A DNA stretch of 49,902 bases from Escherichia phage Tls. Location: sequence record AY308796.1. The stretch is one strand, 5' to 3'. Shown one piece after another: positions 8,309-18,044 of the stretch. A model generated the notes under the pieces. The model was not told the origin of the DNA and did no database searches. It worked only from the letters and a program-made list of their open reading frames with translations. The first letter of the stretch is position 1. Every line of letters begins with the position of its first letter. The translations under genes were made by a program, and so were the position numbers.

Positions 8309-8474
8309 TTTAACTATCAGGCGCATGGGTCGCAATTGCGGATCATGTAAGCAAGAATTTGAAACGGTTGTTACAGCATGTAGCGCTGAAATGGCTGTAA
8401 GATTTGCTAAAGAATATTCTGGAGCAGATCCAGAAACGCACCAATTTTCAATCAATTATGTGAGGGCTATATAA
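8292..8474 (+). CDS. hypothetical protein (60 aa)
   Basis: ORF-track ORF with ATG. Confidence 0.45.
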   Translation: MVFKVNLTIRRMGRNCGSCKQEFETVVTACSAEMAVRFAKEYSGADPETHQFSINYVRAI

Positions 8475-8704
8475 TGCTGATGTTTATTGCTGGTTTTGGT
8501 TTTTGTGCGCTGATTTGTTTTGTTCTTTACCTTTGCTTTTCGTGGTGTGCTCTTGGAAGAATTAAAGAAAACGAGCTTGTGATCGCGTCTTACAAAAACA
8601 AAAGCGATGTTTGGGAAATTACACGAAATTACGAAAAGATTGCTGATGAAATTGCATTCAGTCGCAAGTTTGGCAAGCCTGGAAGCATCAAGTATATTGA
8701 TTGA
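8474..8704 (+). CDS. membrane protein (76 aa)
   Basis: N-terminal TM segment MLMFIAGFGFCALICFVLYL; last gene of early block. Confidence 0.5.
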   Translation: MLMFIAGFGFCALICFVLYLCFSWCALGRIKENELVIASYKNKSDVWEITRNYEKIADEIAFSRKFGKPGSIKYID

Positions 8705-8721
8705 TTCAACGCAAAAAGATA

Positions 8722-8746
8722 ACCCGCCTTGCGCGGGTTTTTTTGT
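8722..8746 (+). terminator. rho-independent terminator (aacccgccttgcgcgggttttttt)
   Basis: GC stem plus T7 tract; near-identical paralogue at 24857-24880. Confidence 0.7.
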
Positions 8747-8791
8747 GTCTGCAATTTAGCTATAATCACGCCTCAACAGGAGGATTTTATT

Positions 8792-9316
8792 ATGGCTAAA
8801 AAAACAGAAGCGCCAGCGGCGGAAAGTCTAAACTTTAAAAAGTTATGGAATAAGCGATATTCCGATCTGGTAGGTAGTGAGATTGATAAACGCGCAACGC
8901 TAACGCCGGAACAAGTCATGAACCTGATTGTTCAGTATTTTGAGTGGGCGGAGCTAAACGCCATTAAAGCAGGTGAAACGGCATCATTTCAGGGTCGAGT
9001 GTATCAGGATACGATTCACAAGCCGCGTATTTTTACATGGGAAGGGTTAAAGCTGTTTTGCGGTTTTTCCGGCACAGCACTAGCAAAGTGGAAACTTAAA
9101 CCAGGCTATGATGTTGTTATTGAGTTTGCGGAATCGGTAATCAAAGAACAAAAATACCAGTTAGCTGCAAACGGAATGATTAACAGCACCATGATCGCAA
9201 AAGAGCTTGGCATTGATAAAGGCGACACGTTCAATATTAGCGCCAACGCAAAAGAGCAAGACAATACAGAAGAAGCGATGAAAAACGCAGTCGCAAGCGT
9301 CCTAAGCAAGATTTAA
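8792..9316 (+). CDS. terminase small subunit (putative)
   Basis: 174-aa gene immediately upstream of terminase large subunit; ATG with SD aggagg; ORF-track start is an extension into the terminator. Confidence 0.55.
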   Translation: MAKKTEAPAAESLNFKKLWNKRYSDLVGSEIDKRATLTPEQVMNLIVQYFEWAELNAIKAGETASFQGRVYQDTIHKPRIFTWEGLKLFCGFSGTALAKWKLKPGYDVVIEFAESVIKEQKYQLAANGMINSTMIAKELGIDKGDTFNISANAKEQDNTEEAMKNAVASVLSKI

Positions 9317-9327
9317 AGGTGAATGCT

Positions 9328-10899
9328 ATGTTGATTTGGGAAGATTTAACAAAACTTGAAAAGCTGGCTATTAAGGAATTAAGCACACACGATTTTGATA
9401 CTTTCGTTAAAATCTGGTTCCCGATCCAGCAGGGCGAAAAATGGATTCCTAACTGGCATCACCTTTATATTGCAAGGGCAATTGATGAAATTATTGAAGG
9501 TGTGCGCAAAGATACCATTTTTAACGTAACGCCAGGCTCAGGCAAAACCGAATTGCTTTCGATCCACTTTCCGCCTTATTCATATTTGAAATTGAACAAG
9601 GTGCGAAATCTGAATATTTCTTTTGCTGATACACTGGTTAAACGTAACAGCAAGCGTGTGCGAGATCTGGTTAACTCGCGAGAATGGCAAGAGCTTTACC
9701 CCGCAAAAACTGGTACAAGCAAGGATGATGAATTCCAGATCCTTAATGACGCTGGCAAAGTTCGCCTGGAAATGATTAGTAAATCAATGGGAGGTCAGAT
9801 TACTGGTAGCCGTGGCGGTTACATCACGCCTGGCGTTTATTCCGGTTGTGTGACGCTTGATGATCCAGAAAAGCCGGATGATATGTTTTCGAAGGTGAAG
9901 CGTGAGCGCGGTCAAATGATCGCAAAGAACACCATTCGATCACGTCGCGCACATTCAGAAACGCCGATTATCGTTATTCAGCAGCGTCTACACGCGCAGG
10001 ATATGACCTGGTTTCTGATGAATGGCGGAATGGGTATTGAATTTGATCAGATATCAATTCCGGCGATGGTTACAGAGGAATACGGGAAATCGCTTCCTGA
10101 TTGGTTACAGCCTCATTTTGAAAAAGATGTGCTTTCGTCTGAATACATCGTTATTGACGGCGTGAAGTATTATTCTTTTTGGCCTAGCAAGGAAAGCATT
10201 CATGATCTTAAAGCGCTACGCGATGCGGATTTGTACACGTTCCTTTCTCAGTATCAGCAAGAGCCAATTGCTCTTGGCGGTAACGCAATTAACGTTGGAT
10301 GGTTCCAGTATTACGGAACCGGAGAAAAATCAACGATGCCAAAACCGGATCGCTTTGATTATACGTTTATTACAGCAGATACCGCTCAGAAAGAAGGTGA
10401 GCTAAACGACTACAGCGTTTTATGTTATTGGGGCATGTTCAAAGGCCGTATATATTTTATTGACGGTGTGCGCGGAAAATGGGAAGCGCCAATGTTAGAA
10501 ACGCAGTTTAAAGCGTTTGTTAAACAGTGCTGGAACCGTAACAAAGAATGCGGAAACTTGCGTAAAATTTACGTGGAAGATAAAGCGAGCGGTACAGGTT
10601 TGATCCAGAATTGCCGCAAAGCATTTCCGATAGAAATTACGCCAGTGCAACGCGATAAAGACAAAGTAACGCGCTGCATGGACGCACAGCCAGTGATCAA
10701 GAATGGTTATGTTGTATTGCCTGAATCGCATCACATGCTTGCTGAATTTCTGGCAGAGGCGGCGGCATTCACTTATGATGATAGCCATCCTCATGATGAT
10801 ATTATGGATAACCTTTTTGATGCGGTTAATATTGAGCTTAACCTTGCTGATAATGCGGTTGATAGAATGAAGCGTTTAGCTGGATTAGCGAAGCGTTAA
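9328..10899 (+). CDS. terminase large subunit
   Basis: About 520 aa; Walker A TPGSGKTEL; acidic nuclease-like C-terminal region; position before portal; start ATG 9328 (or GTG 9319). Confidence 0.85.
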   Translation: MLIWEDLTKLEKLAIKELSTHDFDTFVKIWFPIQQGEKWIPNWHHLYIARAIDEIIEGVRKDTIFNVTPGSGKTELLSIHFPPYSYLKLNKVRNLNISFADTLVKRNSKRVRDLVNSREWQELYPAKTGTSKDDEFQILNDAGKVRLEMISKSMGGQITGSRGGYITPGVYSGCVTLDDPEKPDDMFSKVKRERGQMIAKNTIRSRRAHSETPIIVIQQRLHAQDMTWFLMNGGMGIEFDQISIPAMVTEEYGKSLPDWLQPHFEKDVLSSEYIVIDGVKYYSFWPSKESIHDLKALRDADLYTFLSQYQQEPIALGGNAINVGWFQYYGTGEKSTMPKPDRFDYTFITADTAQKEGELNDYSVLCYWGMFKGRIYFIDGVRGKWEAPMLETQFKAFVKQCWNRNKECGNLRKIYVEDKASGTGLIQNCRKAFPIEITPVQRDKDKVTRCMDAQPVIKNGYVVLPESHHMLAEFLAEAAAFTYDDSHPHDDIMDNLFDAVNIELNLADNAVDRMKRLAGLAKR

Positions 10900-10911
10900 T
10901 GTGTAAAATCA

Positions 10912-10938
10912 AAGGCTGGAATATTCCGGCCTTTTTAT
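10912..10938 (+). terminator. hairpin plus T-tract (aggctggaatattccggccttttt)
   Basis: Read directly; paralogous element at 14520-14546. Confidence 0.5.
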
Positions 10939-10951
10939 TATGGGGGTATTT

Positions 10952-12247
10952 ATGAGCGACAAGGTAAAGGCCATTACTAAAGAAGATGGTTACAACGAAA
11001 TTTTCGGATCTAAAGATGGAACGTTTAGGCCAAATGCTTTTTACATGCAAAGAGCGGCATTTAAAGCGTTATCGCAATTTTATGAAGAAGATGGAATGGC
11101 GCGGCGCATTGTCGATGTTATTCCCGAAGAAATGGTAACGCCTGGTTTTAAAGTTGACGGCGTGAAAAATGAAAAGTCTTTTAAATCTCGTTGGGATGAA
11201 TTGCGATTAAACGCTAAAATTATTGATGCGCTTTCATGGTCGCGTTTATTTGGCGGTTCTGCAATTCTTGCTGTTGTTGCTGATAACAAAATGCTGAAAT
11301 CACCTGTAAAGCCTGGTGCACAACTTGAAGATATTCGCGTATATGATCGCTATCAGATCACCATTCATGAACGTGAAACTAATGCGCGGAGTGTTCGTTA
11401 CGGTGAGCCAAAACTTTATAAGATCTCACCTGGCGGAGATATACCGGAATTCTTTGTTCATTACTCGCGTATTTGCATCATTGATGGTGAGCGCGTATCG
11501 AATGAAAAACGCCGTCAAAATGATGGTTGGGGCGCAAGTATTTTAAACAAGCGTTTGATTGAGGCGATTGTTGATTATAACTATTGCCAGGAATTAGCAA
11601 CGCAATTGCTACGCCGAAAACAACAAGCAGTATGGAAAGCGCGTGATCTGGCTTTGATGTGCGACGATGAAGAAGGGCGCTATGCGGCGCGTTTGCGTTT
11701 GGCTCAGGTTGATGACGAAAGCGGAGTTGGTAAGGCAATTGGTATTGATGCCACCGATGAAGAATATGAGGTTCTCAATTCTGACGTTTCCGGCGTTCCA
11801 GAGTTCTTACAGGAAAAGATTGATCGAATTGTTGCACTAACTGGCATTCATGAAATCATCATCAAAAATAAGAACACTGGCGGCGTTTCAGCGAGTCAAA
11901 ACACGGCGCTAGAGACTTTCTATAAGTTGATTGATCGCAAGCGCGTAGAGGATTACAAGCCGATTCTTGAATTCCTTTTGCCGTTCATGATCTCAGAAAC
12001 AGAATGGTCTATTGAATTCGAACCGTTAAGCGTTCCGAGTGATAAGGACAAAGCTGAAATTATGGCTAAGAACGTTGAATCTGTTGTAAAATTGAAAGCT
12101 GAACAGGCAATTAATCTCAAAGAAACAAGAGACACTTTGCGATCCATTTGTCCAGATCTTAAAATTATGGACAATGACAACATTGAATTGCCAGAGCCGG
12201 AAGATTTAGATCCAGAGCCAGGGCAGGAGGGAGGATTGAATAAATGA
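10952..12247 (+). CDS. portal protein
   Basis: About 430 aa directly after TerL; acidic C-terminus; ATG 10952 with SD ggggg (alternative ATG 10940). Confidence 0.8.
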   Translation: MSDKVKAITKEDGYNEIFGSKDGTFRPNAFYMQRAAFKALSQFYEEDGMARRIVDVIPEEMVTPGFKVDGVKNEKSFKSRWDELRLNAKIIDALSWSRLFGGSAILAVVADNKMLKSPVKPGAQLEDIRVYDRYQITIHERETNARSVRYGEPKLYKISPGGDIPEFFVHYSRICIIDGERVSNEKRRQNDGWGASILNKRLIEAIVDYNYCQELATQLLRRKQQAVWKARDLALMCDDEEGRYAARLRLAQVDDESGVGKAIGIDATDEEYEVLNSDVSGVPEFLQEKIDRIVALTGIHEIIIKNKNTGGVSASQNTALETFYKLIDRKRVEDYKPILEFLLPFMISETEWSIEFEPLSVPSDKDKAEIMAKNVESVVKLKAEQAINLKETRDTLRSICPDLKIMDNDNIELPEPEDLDPEPGQEGGLNK

Positions 12248-12915
12248 TGTTTCCCGATATGACAGAGAGCGACGTTGAAAAGGCGCTTAATGATCTGGCG
12301 GTTGATATCACTGAAAACAATGCTGATGTAGAGGCGGCAATTGCCGCCTTTATGTTGCTGGTTTACGGGTTCGCCGTTAGTGCATACAAATACCACACTC
12401 GCCAATTTATCAGAATGGCAAAGCAAACAGGAGGAGCAAATAATCGATCCGTTATCCTTCTGATTGGTGGCGTTTACGGAAATATGAATGAACGTTGGTT
12501 CAATTCAAAATACATAACCTGGCGATCACTTATTGAGGCATCCGTAAGGAAATTTGCGTATAATGTGCTTGATGATTGGGAAGTGCAACAGCGTTTAAAT
12601 GAGTTACGCGAGCAAGCAGAAACAAGAGCGCAGATCCGAAAGCGCCTAAGAAAATATAAGGCGTGGGCTAAAAATAGGGCGTCTGGTTTTGTTGGTTCGT
12701 GGTATTCCGTGTTAATGTATCAACGCGTGGTTGATACCGGAGTTACCCATTATATTTGGCGAACTCAGGAAGATAACAGGGTTAGACCTGAACACGCTAA
12801 ATTGGACATGAAACGGATCTCATTGGCAATAAAGCACATATTCCCAGGGCAGGAATATAATTGTCGTTGTTGGGCGCAACCGGATTGGGAAACAGAGCAA
12901 GAGGTATATTTATGA
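12244..12915 (+). CDS. head morphogenesis / minor head protein
   Basis: ATGA overlap with portal; conserved position after portal. Confidence 0.6.
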   Translation: MMFPDMTESDVEKALNDLAVDITENNADVEAAIAAFMLLVYGFAVSAYKYHTRQFIRMAKQTGGANNRSVILLIGGVYGNMNERWFNSKYITWRSLIEASVRKFAYNVLDDWEVQQRLNELREQAETRAQIRKRLRKYKAWAKNRASGFVGSWYSVLMYQRVVDTGVTHYIWRTQEDNRVRPEHAKLDMKRISLAIKHIFPGQEYNCRCWAQPDWETEQEVYL

Positions 12916-14021
12916 AGAAGGTGCAACGTTTTGATAGTGTCAGAGTAAAGGCGCATTTTGATGAACACGGCTTTTTAGTGGATCGGCCTATTGTGGCGCG
13001 AATTGGTTTGCAGATTTATCAAACGCCATACGGCGAGCGTAGAGAATTTAGGCCAGCAAGTGAAGTGTTTAAAGCTGATAGCCTGGCGACTTACGCAGGG
13101 AAACCAATCACAGTAGGTCACGTCACCGTAACGCCGGAAAATGCGCGTGATGTTGTAGTTGGTACTTGTTCAGGCGCTGGCATTCCAAATGGGATCGGAG
13201 TTGAAGCACCTTTGAATATTTACGCAAAGGATGCAATTGAAAGCGCGAAGAAAAAACAAACGGCTGAAATTAGCGTTGGTTATACGTCGATTGATATTGA
13301 TAAGCCTGGTTATGGATCTAATGAAAATGGTGAATACATCTTTGAAGAAGATCTAAAAGAAGATGAACAGCCGCCTGAAGGATGGGTAAAATTTGATGCG
13401 CTGCAAACAAGCATTAGTGTTAACCATATTGCGTTAGTGTTTAAGGGTCGCGCTGGCATTGCAAAATTGAATCTTGATAGCGAGCAAGAATTCCCGTATG
13501 ATATCGACGTTAAATTAAATAAAGAGGACGAGGTTATGACCGTTAAAATTAAACTTGATGGTGCTGTTGAATTTGACGTACCAAAAGAAGTTGCTACTTT
13601 TATCGAAACCGTGAAAGCAGACGCTACAGCGGCAAAAACTAAAGCCGATAGCCTGGAAGCAGAGCGCGATGCTCTACAGGCGAAAGTTGACGGCATTCCG
13701 GCGCAGATTGAAGAAGCCGTGAAAAAAGCAAAAGCTGACGCTGATGAACATGCCGCACTGGTAGCTACCGCTTCCGAAGTTGGCGTAAAATGCGACGGCC
13801 TAACAGCCAAAGAAATTAAGATCGCATATGTGAAAGAGGTCATGGGTAATGACATTAGCGCAAAGGCTGATGCATATATTGATACCGCTTTTGATATCGC
13901 AAAAGAATCTGATAAAATGGCGGCTCAACGTATCGCATTAAAAGGCGATGCAGCAAAAAACAAACAGGATGCAGCGGAAACCGCTCTTGATCCTTCCGCA
14001 CGTCTGAATAAAGCTAAGTAA
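12912..14021 (+). CDS. putative prohead protease / scaffolding protein
   Basis: Position before capsid gene; Ala/Lys/Glu-rich predicted coiled-coil C-terminal half; ATGA overlap with upstream gene. Confidence 0.55.
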   Translation: MKKVQRFDSVRVKAHFDEHGFLVDRPIVARIGLQIYQTPYGERREFRPASEVFKADSLATYAGKPITVGHVTVTPENARDVVVGTCSGAGIPNGIGVEAPLNIYAKDAIESAKKKQTAEISVGYTSIDIDKPGYGSNENGEYIFEEDLKEDEQPPEGWVKFDALQTSISVNHIALVFKGRAGIAKLNLDSEQEFPYDIDVKLNKEDEVMTVKIKLDGAVEFDVPKEVATFIETVKADATAAKTKADSLEAERDALQAKVDGIPAQIEEAVKKAKADADEHAALVATASEVGVKCDGLTAKEIKIAYVKEVMGNDISAKADAYIDTAFDIAKESDKMAAQRIALKGDAAKNKQDAAETALDPSARLNKAK

Positions 14022-14033
14022 GGAGAAAATATT

Positions 14034-14513
14034 ATGGCTCAGATTTCAGCAAGTTATCATGTTGCAATGGCTCGCGCCTTGCCTGGTCAAGTTTCTGACA
14101 CTTCCGCGTATAACATCGACGGCGCTTGTGTTCTTGATGGTGATGCCGGATCAACAATTTATGTTGGCGTTGGTGTTCAACATGGCGGAGTTAGCGCAAG
14201 CGGTGAGAAATTAATTAAGGCTATGGCGGAGTCTGGTAATGCTTATGGTGTTGCTATTCGATCCAACTTCCAGACCACATCTAAAGATGGTCGCATGGTT
14301 TATGAGGCTGGTAGCGGAATTAACGTAATGACTAAAGGGCGCGTTTGGATGTTATCTGTAGAATCAGAAGCGCCAGCATTCAAAACACCTATCAAACTTG
14401 ATAATTCAGGACAGGTTGATTTAACGTCTGGATCAATTGAAACTACTTGGATCGCAACTGGAGACTTTACGGAATTCCAAGGTCTAAAACTCGTTGAGGT
14501 TCAACTGGTATAA
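14034..14513 (+). CDS. structural protein, paralogue 1 (possible decoration protein)
   Basis: Shares YNIDG...G[RK][IV]W...SG...W..TGE[FY] pattern with the next gene; strong SD aaggag. Confidence 0.5.
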   Translation: MAQISASYHVAMARALPGQVSDTSAYNIDGACVLDGDAGSTIYVGVGVQHGGVSASGEKLIKAMAESGNAYGVAIRSNFQTTSKDGRMVYEAGSGINVMTKGRVWMLSVESEAPAFKTPIKLDNSGQVDLTSGSIETTWIATGDFTEFQGLKLVEVQLV

Positions 14514-14519
14514 TAATAA

Positions 14520-14546
14520 GGCCGGATTATTCCGGCCTTTTATATA
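14520..14546 (+). terminator. hairpin plus T-tract (aaggccggattattccggcctttt)
   Basis: Read directly; paralogue of 10912-10938. Confidence 0.5.
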
Positions 14547-14556
14547 TGGTGGTTTT

Positions 14557-14997
14557 ATGTCTGATTACGGTTCTATAATAGGTATAGTTGAAAATGGGTG
14601 CTTGGTAGATTCAAGCCTTTATAATATAGATGGCTCGCCAGTTATGGATGTTTCAGCCGTGATAGGTAAGGCCGTATGTGTTGATCGCATATCTTGCGGT
14701 TACAAAATAATCAGCCACAATTTTAATGAAAAATCAAAGCATTACGGAATCGTTACGCGTGATTATATGGATTTTTGCAAAGAATATTACGACGCCGGAG
14801 ATCCGGTTAACGTAATAACTCATGGTCGAATTTGGGTAATCACTCAGGACGAACATGATATTCCATCGTATAAAGATCCTGTTTTTGTTAAAGACAATGG
14901 CTCTATATCAACAAGTGGATTTCCTACCAGTTGGTTTTTTACTGGCGAATACGTAAGATATTCACACGGATATATTTTACTATCAGTTCAGTTGTAG
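14557..14997 (+). CDS. structural protein, paralogue 2
   Basis: In-frame ATG with SD ggtgg; sequence similarity to 14034-14513. Confidence 0.5.
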   Translation: MSDYGSIIGIVENGCLVDSSLYNIDGSPVMDVSAVIGKAVCVDRISCGYKIISHNFNEKSKHYGIVTRDYMDFCKEYYDAGDPVNVITHGRIWVITQDEHDIPSYKDPVFVKDNGSISTSGFPTSWFFTGEYVRYSHGYILLSVQL

Positions 14998-15020
14998 CGT
15001 GCTAACACAAAAAACACTTG

Positions 15021-15043
15021 AACGTTTAACAAAAAATGCTATA
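15021..15043 (-). promoter_or_regulatory. degenerate reverse-oriented copy of the 22-nt motif inside the late region
   Basis: Plus strand cgtttaacaaaaaatgctatatt resembles the reverse complement of AAATAGCACTTTTTGTTAAAAC; no clear -10. Confidence 0.3.
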
Positions 15044-15046
15044 TTA

Positions 15047-15070
15047 AAGCCGTTATTATGACGGCTTTTC
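15047..15070 (+). terminator. weak hairpin (aagccgt/acggctt) with short T run
   Basis: Read directly. Confidence 0.35.
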
Positions 15071-15086
15071 TATGAGGGGAAATATT

Positions 15087-16061
15087 ATGTCTAAAGAAAT
15101 GAAATATGATGAGTTTGAAGCAAACGTGATCGCCAACCATATGCAGTTACGCGGCGCTAAAAACGACGCATCTGATATGGGTATTTGGACGTCTCAAGAG
15201 CTTCATAAAATTAAGGCTCAAGCCTATGAGAAAGAATATCCGGCAGGTTCCGCGCTGCGTGTATTCCCTGTAACGTCCGAACTTTCTGATACAGATAAAA
15301 CCTTTGAATATCAGACTTTCGACAAAGTAGGACACGCAAAAATCATCGCTGATTACACTGATGATCTGTCAACTGTTGACGCGCTGATGACTTCTGAATT
15401 CGGTAAAGTGTTCCGCCTTGGTAATGCGTTCCTTATTTCCATTGACGAAATCAAAGCAGGTCAACGCACTGGCAAGAGCCTTTCCACTCGCAAGGCCAAC
15501 GCCGCACAGAATGCGCATGATCAGCTTGTAAATCACCTGGTTTTCAAAGGTTCTAAACCGCATAAAATTATCAGCGTGTTTGAACATCCAAACCTGACAA
15601 CTATCAACTCCGCAGGTTGGAACAACGCCGCAGGTACTGGTAAAAAGCCGGAAACCGCACAGGATGAATTAGAGCAAGCGATTGAAAAAATCGAAACGCT
15701 GACAAACGGGCAGCACCGCGCTAATATGATCCTGATTCCGCCGTCAATGCGTAAAGTTCTGATGGTTCGTATGCCGGAAACCACCATGAGCTATCTTGAT
15801 TATTTCAAGCAGCAGAATGGCGGTATCACTATCGAATCCATTTCCGAGCTTGAGGATATCGACGGTGCAGGCACTAAAGCGGCGCTGGTTTACGAAAAAG
15901 ATCCGATGAACATGAGCATTGAGATTCCAGAAGCGTTTAACATGCTTACCGCTCAACCTAAAGACCTGCATTTCAAAGTGCCTTGCACCTCTAAATGTAC
16001 TGGCCTGACGATTTACCGTCCGTTGACGCTTGTTCTGATTAAAGGTCTTGTAGTAGGCTGA
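15087..16061 (+). CDS. major capsid protein (putative)
   Basis: 324 aa; strong SD gagggg; position after protease/scaffold; followed by strong terminator. Confidence 0.65.
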   Translation: MSKEMKYDEFEANVIANHMQLRGAKNDASDMGIWTSQELHKIKAQAYEKEYPAGSALRVFPVTSELSDTDKTFEYQTFDKVGHAKIIADYTDDLSTVDALMTSEFGKVFRLGNAFLISIDEIKAGQRTGKSLSTRKANAAQNAHDQLVNHLVFKGSKPHKIISVFEHPNLTTINSAGWNNAAGTGKKPETAQDELEQAIEKIETLTNGQHRANMILIPPSMRKVLMVRMPETTMSYLDYFKQQNGGITIESISELEDIDGAGTKAALVYEKDPMNMSIEIPEAFNMLTAQPKDLHFKVPCTSKCTGLTIYRPLTLVLIKGLVVG

Positions 16062-16077
16062 TAATTCAATTAATATA

Positions 16078-16104
16078 GGGAACCGTTAAAGGTTCCCTTT
16101 TTTA
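16078..16104 (+). terminator. rho-independent terminator (gggaacc gttaaa ggttccc ttttttat)
   Basis: Perfect 7-bp stem plus T6. Confidence 0.75.
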
Positions 16105-16121
16105 TATCTGGAGAAAAGCAA

Positions 16122-16394
16122 ATGGCTAAAGAAAAAGAAATTACACTGGTAAACACTGGCGTTGCACTGATTATTATTGATCGCGTTGACGTTATGCCAG
16201 GTAAAGAAATTACCGTTTCGGAAAGCGTGTTAGAACGGCAGGGTACAAAATCGCTGGTTGCCCAGGGCAAGCTAACCGTAAAAGATAACAGCGAGCTAAA
16301 CGATAAGATCATTGAAGCGTTCAACGAAAAACGCAAGCCAAACCCAACCGAAGGCAAAAGCAAGGCACAGCTTGAGGAAGGCGGCGAGTATTAA
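16122..16394 (+). CDS. hypothetical structural protein (90 aa) flanked by terminators
   Basis: ATG with SD ggagaaaag; single-gene unit. Confidence 0.5.
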   Translation: MAKEKEITLVNTGVALIIIDRVDVMPGKEITVSESVLERQGTKSLVAQGKLTVKDNSELNDKIIEAFNEKRKPNPTEGKSKAQLEEGGEY

Positions 16395-16401
16395 TTAGAA
16401 A

Positions 16402-16427
16402 GGGCGCTCATGTAGCGCCTTTTTTAT
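16402..16427 (+). terminator. rho-independent terminator (ggcgct catgt agcgcc tttttt)
   Basis: Read directly. Confidence 0.7.
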
Positions 16428-16442
16428 TATGGAGAATACACC

Positions 16443-16847
16443 ATGAATGATATTGAGATCCTAGAGCAAATTTATAAAATCGCGCCAGCATTCAAGAAAG
16501 TTGATCCTGAATTGATTCAGGCATGGATTGAACTGGCTAAAGATTTCGTTTGCGAAAAGCATTTCAAAGACAAATATTTCCGCGCTGTTGCTCTTTACAC
16601 TTTGCACCTTATGACTCTTGACGGAGCTATGAAACAGGAAAGTGAGAGCGTAGAAAGCTACTCGCACCGTATAGCGTCATTTTCCCTGACTGGTGAGTTT
16701 TCGCAAACGTTCAGCAAAGTTAGCGACGACACAAGCGGTAACACGTTGCGCCAAACTCCGTGGGGTAAAATGTACGAAGTTCTCAACAAGAAAAAAGGCG
16801 GCGGATTTGGCCTTACAACTGCATTTCATCGGAGGTGCTCACGATGA
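16443..16847 (+). CDS. putative head-tail connector / head completion protein
   Basis: Position between capsid and tail genes; ATG with SD ggag. Confidence 0.45.
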   Translation: MNDIEILEQIYKIAPAFKKVDPELIQAWIELAKDFVCEKHFKDKYFRAVALYTLHLMTLDGAMKQESESVESYSHRIASFSLTGEFSQTFSKVSDDTSGNTLRQTPWGKMYEVLNKKKGGGFGLTTAFHRRCSR

Positions 16848-17215
16848 ATTATGAACAAATCAGATCTATGGCATCGGCTGGAATTAATTTTTTTAGCGAT
16901 GGAACGGGTGAATTTGATTGCATTACTCAACCTGGAAGCGTTGAAATTGTTGGCGGTATTGAGGTTGAAAAACCCGAAATAAAGGTGAAGATTAAAGGTC
17001 TTGTGAGAGCACCACGGACGCGAGAAGTTGACGGAGAGGTAATTAGAGTTACCGACAAGTTAGGCGTTTTTAATGCTGATGTAGAGCTTAAAAACGGATA
17101 TCAGATTGATATAGACGGCGAGCGTTATGTTATGGTTGAAACAAGACCAATCAGACCAACAAGCATTACCGTTGCTTACCGTCCAATAATGCGGAGGGTT
17201 GCGGTTCATGGCTGA
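16844..17215 (+). CDS. putative head-tail joining protein
   Basis: ATG with SD ggagg; overlaps neighbours. Confidence 0.45.
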   Translation: MNYEQIRSMASAGINFFSDGTGEFDCITQPGSVEIVGGIEVEKPEIKVKIKGLVRAPRTREVDGEVIRVTDKLGVFNADVELKNGYQIDIDGERYVMVETRPIRPTSITVAYRPIMRRVAVHG

Positions 17216-17648
17216 TTATTCGATCCGAGAATTTCATGGAAATGTTGACAAATGGATCGAGCAAGTAGAAAGCGGATTGAATGACGTGATTCAGATTTTT
17301 GGTGAAAAGGTTCACGGCGCATTAGTTGATATTGCGCCAGTGGACACAGGACGATTCAAAGCCAATATGCAGATCACAGCAAACAAGCCGCCTCTTTACG
17401 CGCTCAATCAATATGATCCTGATGGTGAGAAAATAAAGGCGGAAGGTCGCAGGACGCTTTATGCTTTATTGCATGGCGGCGGCGCTATTAAATCAATATA
17501 CTTTTCAAATATGCTGATTTACGCTAATGCTCTTGAATATGGTCATTCAAAGCAAGCGCCAGCGGGGGTATTTGGTATCGTTGCGATCCGGTTGCGCTCT
17601 TACATGGCGGAAGCGATAAGGGAGGCGAGAAAGAAAAATGCACTATGA
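17208..17648 (+). CDS. putative neck / tail completion protein
   Basis: Position; overlapping starts typical of morphogenetic modules. Confidence 0.45.
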   Translation: MADYSIREFHGNVDKWIEQVESGLNDVIQIFGEKVHGALVDIAPVDTGRFKANMQITANKPPLYALNQYDPDGEKIKAEGRRTLYALLHGGGAIKSIYFSNMLIYANALEYGHSKQAPAGVFGIVAIRLRSYMAEAIREARKKNAL

Positions 17649-18030
17649 ATTATCTGTTGCGGCAAGAATGGCGCTGGCTCAAGAATATGAAAGCGAATAT
17701 ATGATCGCTTATGAAAACGTTGAATTTACGCCACCAAAAGGCGGCGGCATTTGGCTGAAATATGACTACAAAGAAGCAGATACAATAATTCATGATCTTA
17801 AAAGGAAATGCATTAGCTATATTGGAATGGTTCAGATCGGAATTGAATTCCCACCAGGATCAGGAATTGATAAGGCTCGCAAGCTGGCAAAAAATATTGC
17901 TGATTTCTTTGAAGATGGTAAAATGCTTTCGAATGGCTATATTTCAGAAGGTGCAAAAGTGCATCAAGTTCAGAAATCAGAATCAGGCTGGTTTTATCCA
18001 GTACGTTTTTATGTTCGTTATGATGGTTAA
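17638..18030 (+). CDS. putative tail completion protein
   Basis: Position upstream of major tail gene. Confidence 0.45.
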   Translation: MHYELSVAARMALAQEYESEYMIAYENVEFTPPKGGGIWLKYDYKEADTIIHDLKRKCISYIGMVQIGIEFPPGSGIDKARKLAKNIADFFEDGKMLSNGYISEGAKVHQVQKSESGWFYPVRFYVRYDG

Positions 18031-18044
18031 TAAAGGGGGCTATT

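Noticed and set aside
10940-10951. ORF-track starts at the first available codon for many genes (for example portal 10940, capsid 15072, Dcm-like 46606, lipoprotein 38231)
   Set aside because: Extensions begin at TTG/GTG or SD-less ATGs and often run through terminators or promoters; downstream in-frame ATGs with SD sequences were preferred, though true starts remain unverified
13310-13855. 181-aa minus-strand ORF antisense to the protease/scaffold gene
   Set aside because: Ser/Ala-rich mirror of the Ala/Lys/Glu-rich sense frame, a typical antisense shadow ORF, with no RBS
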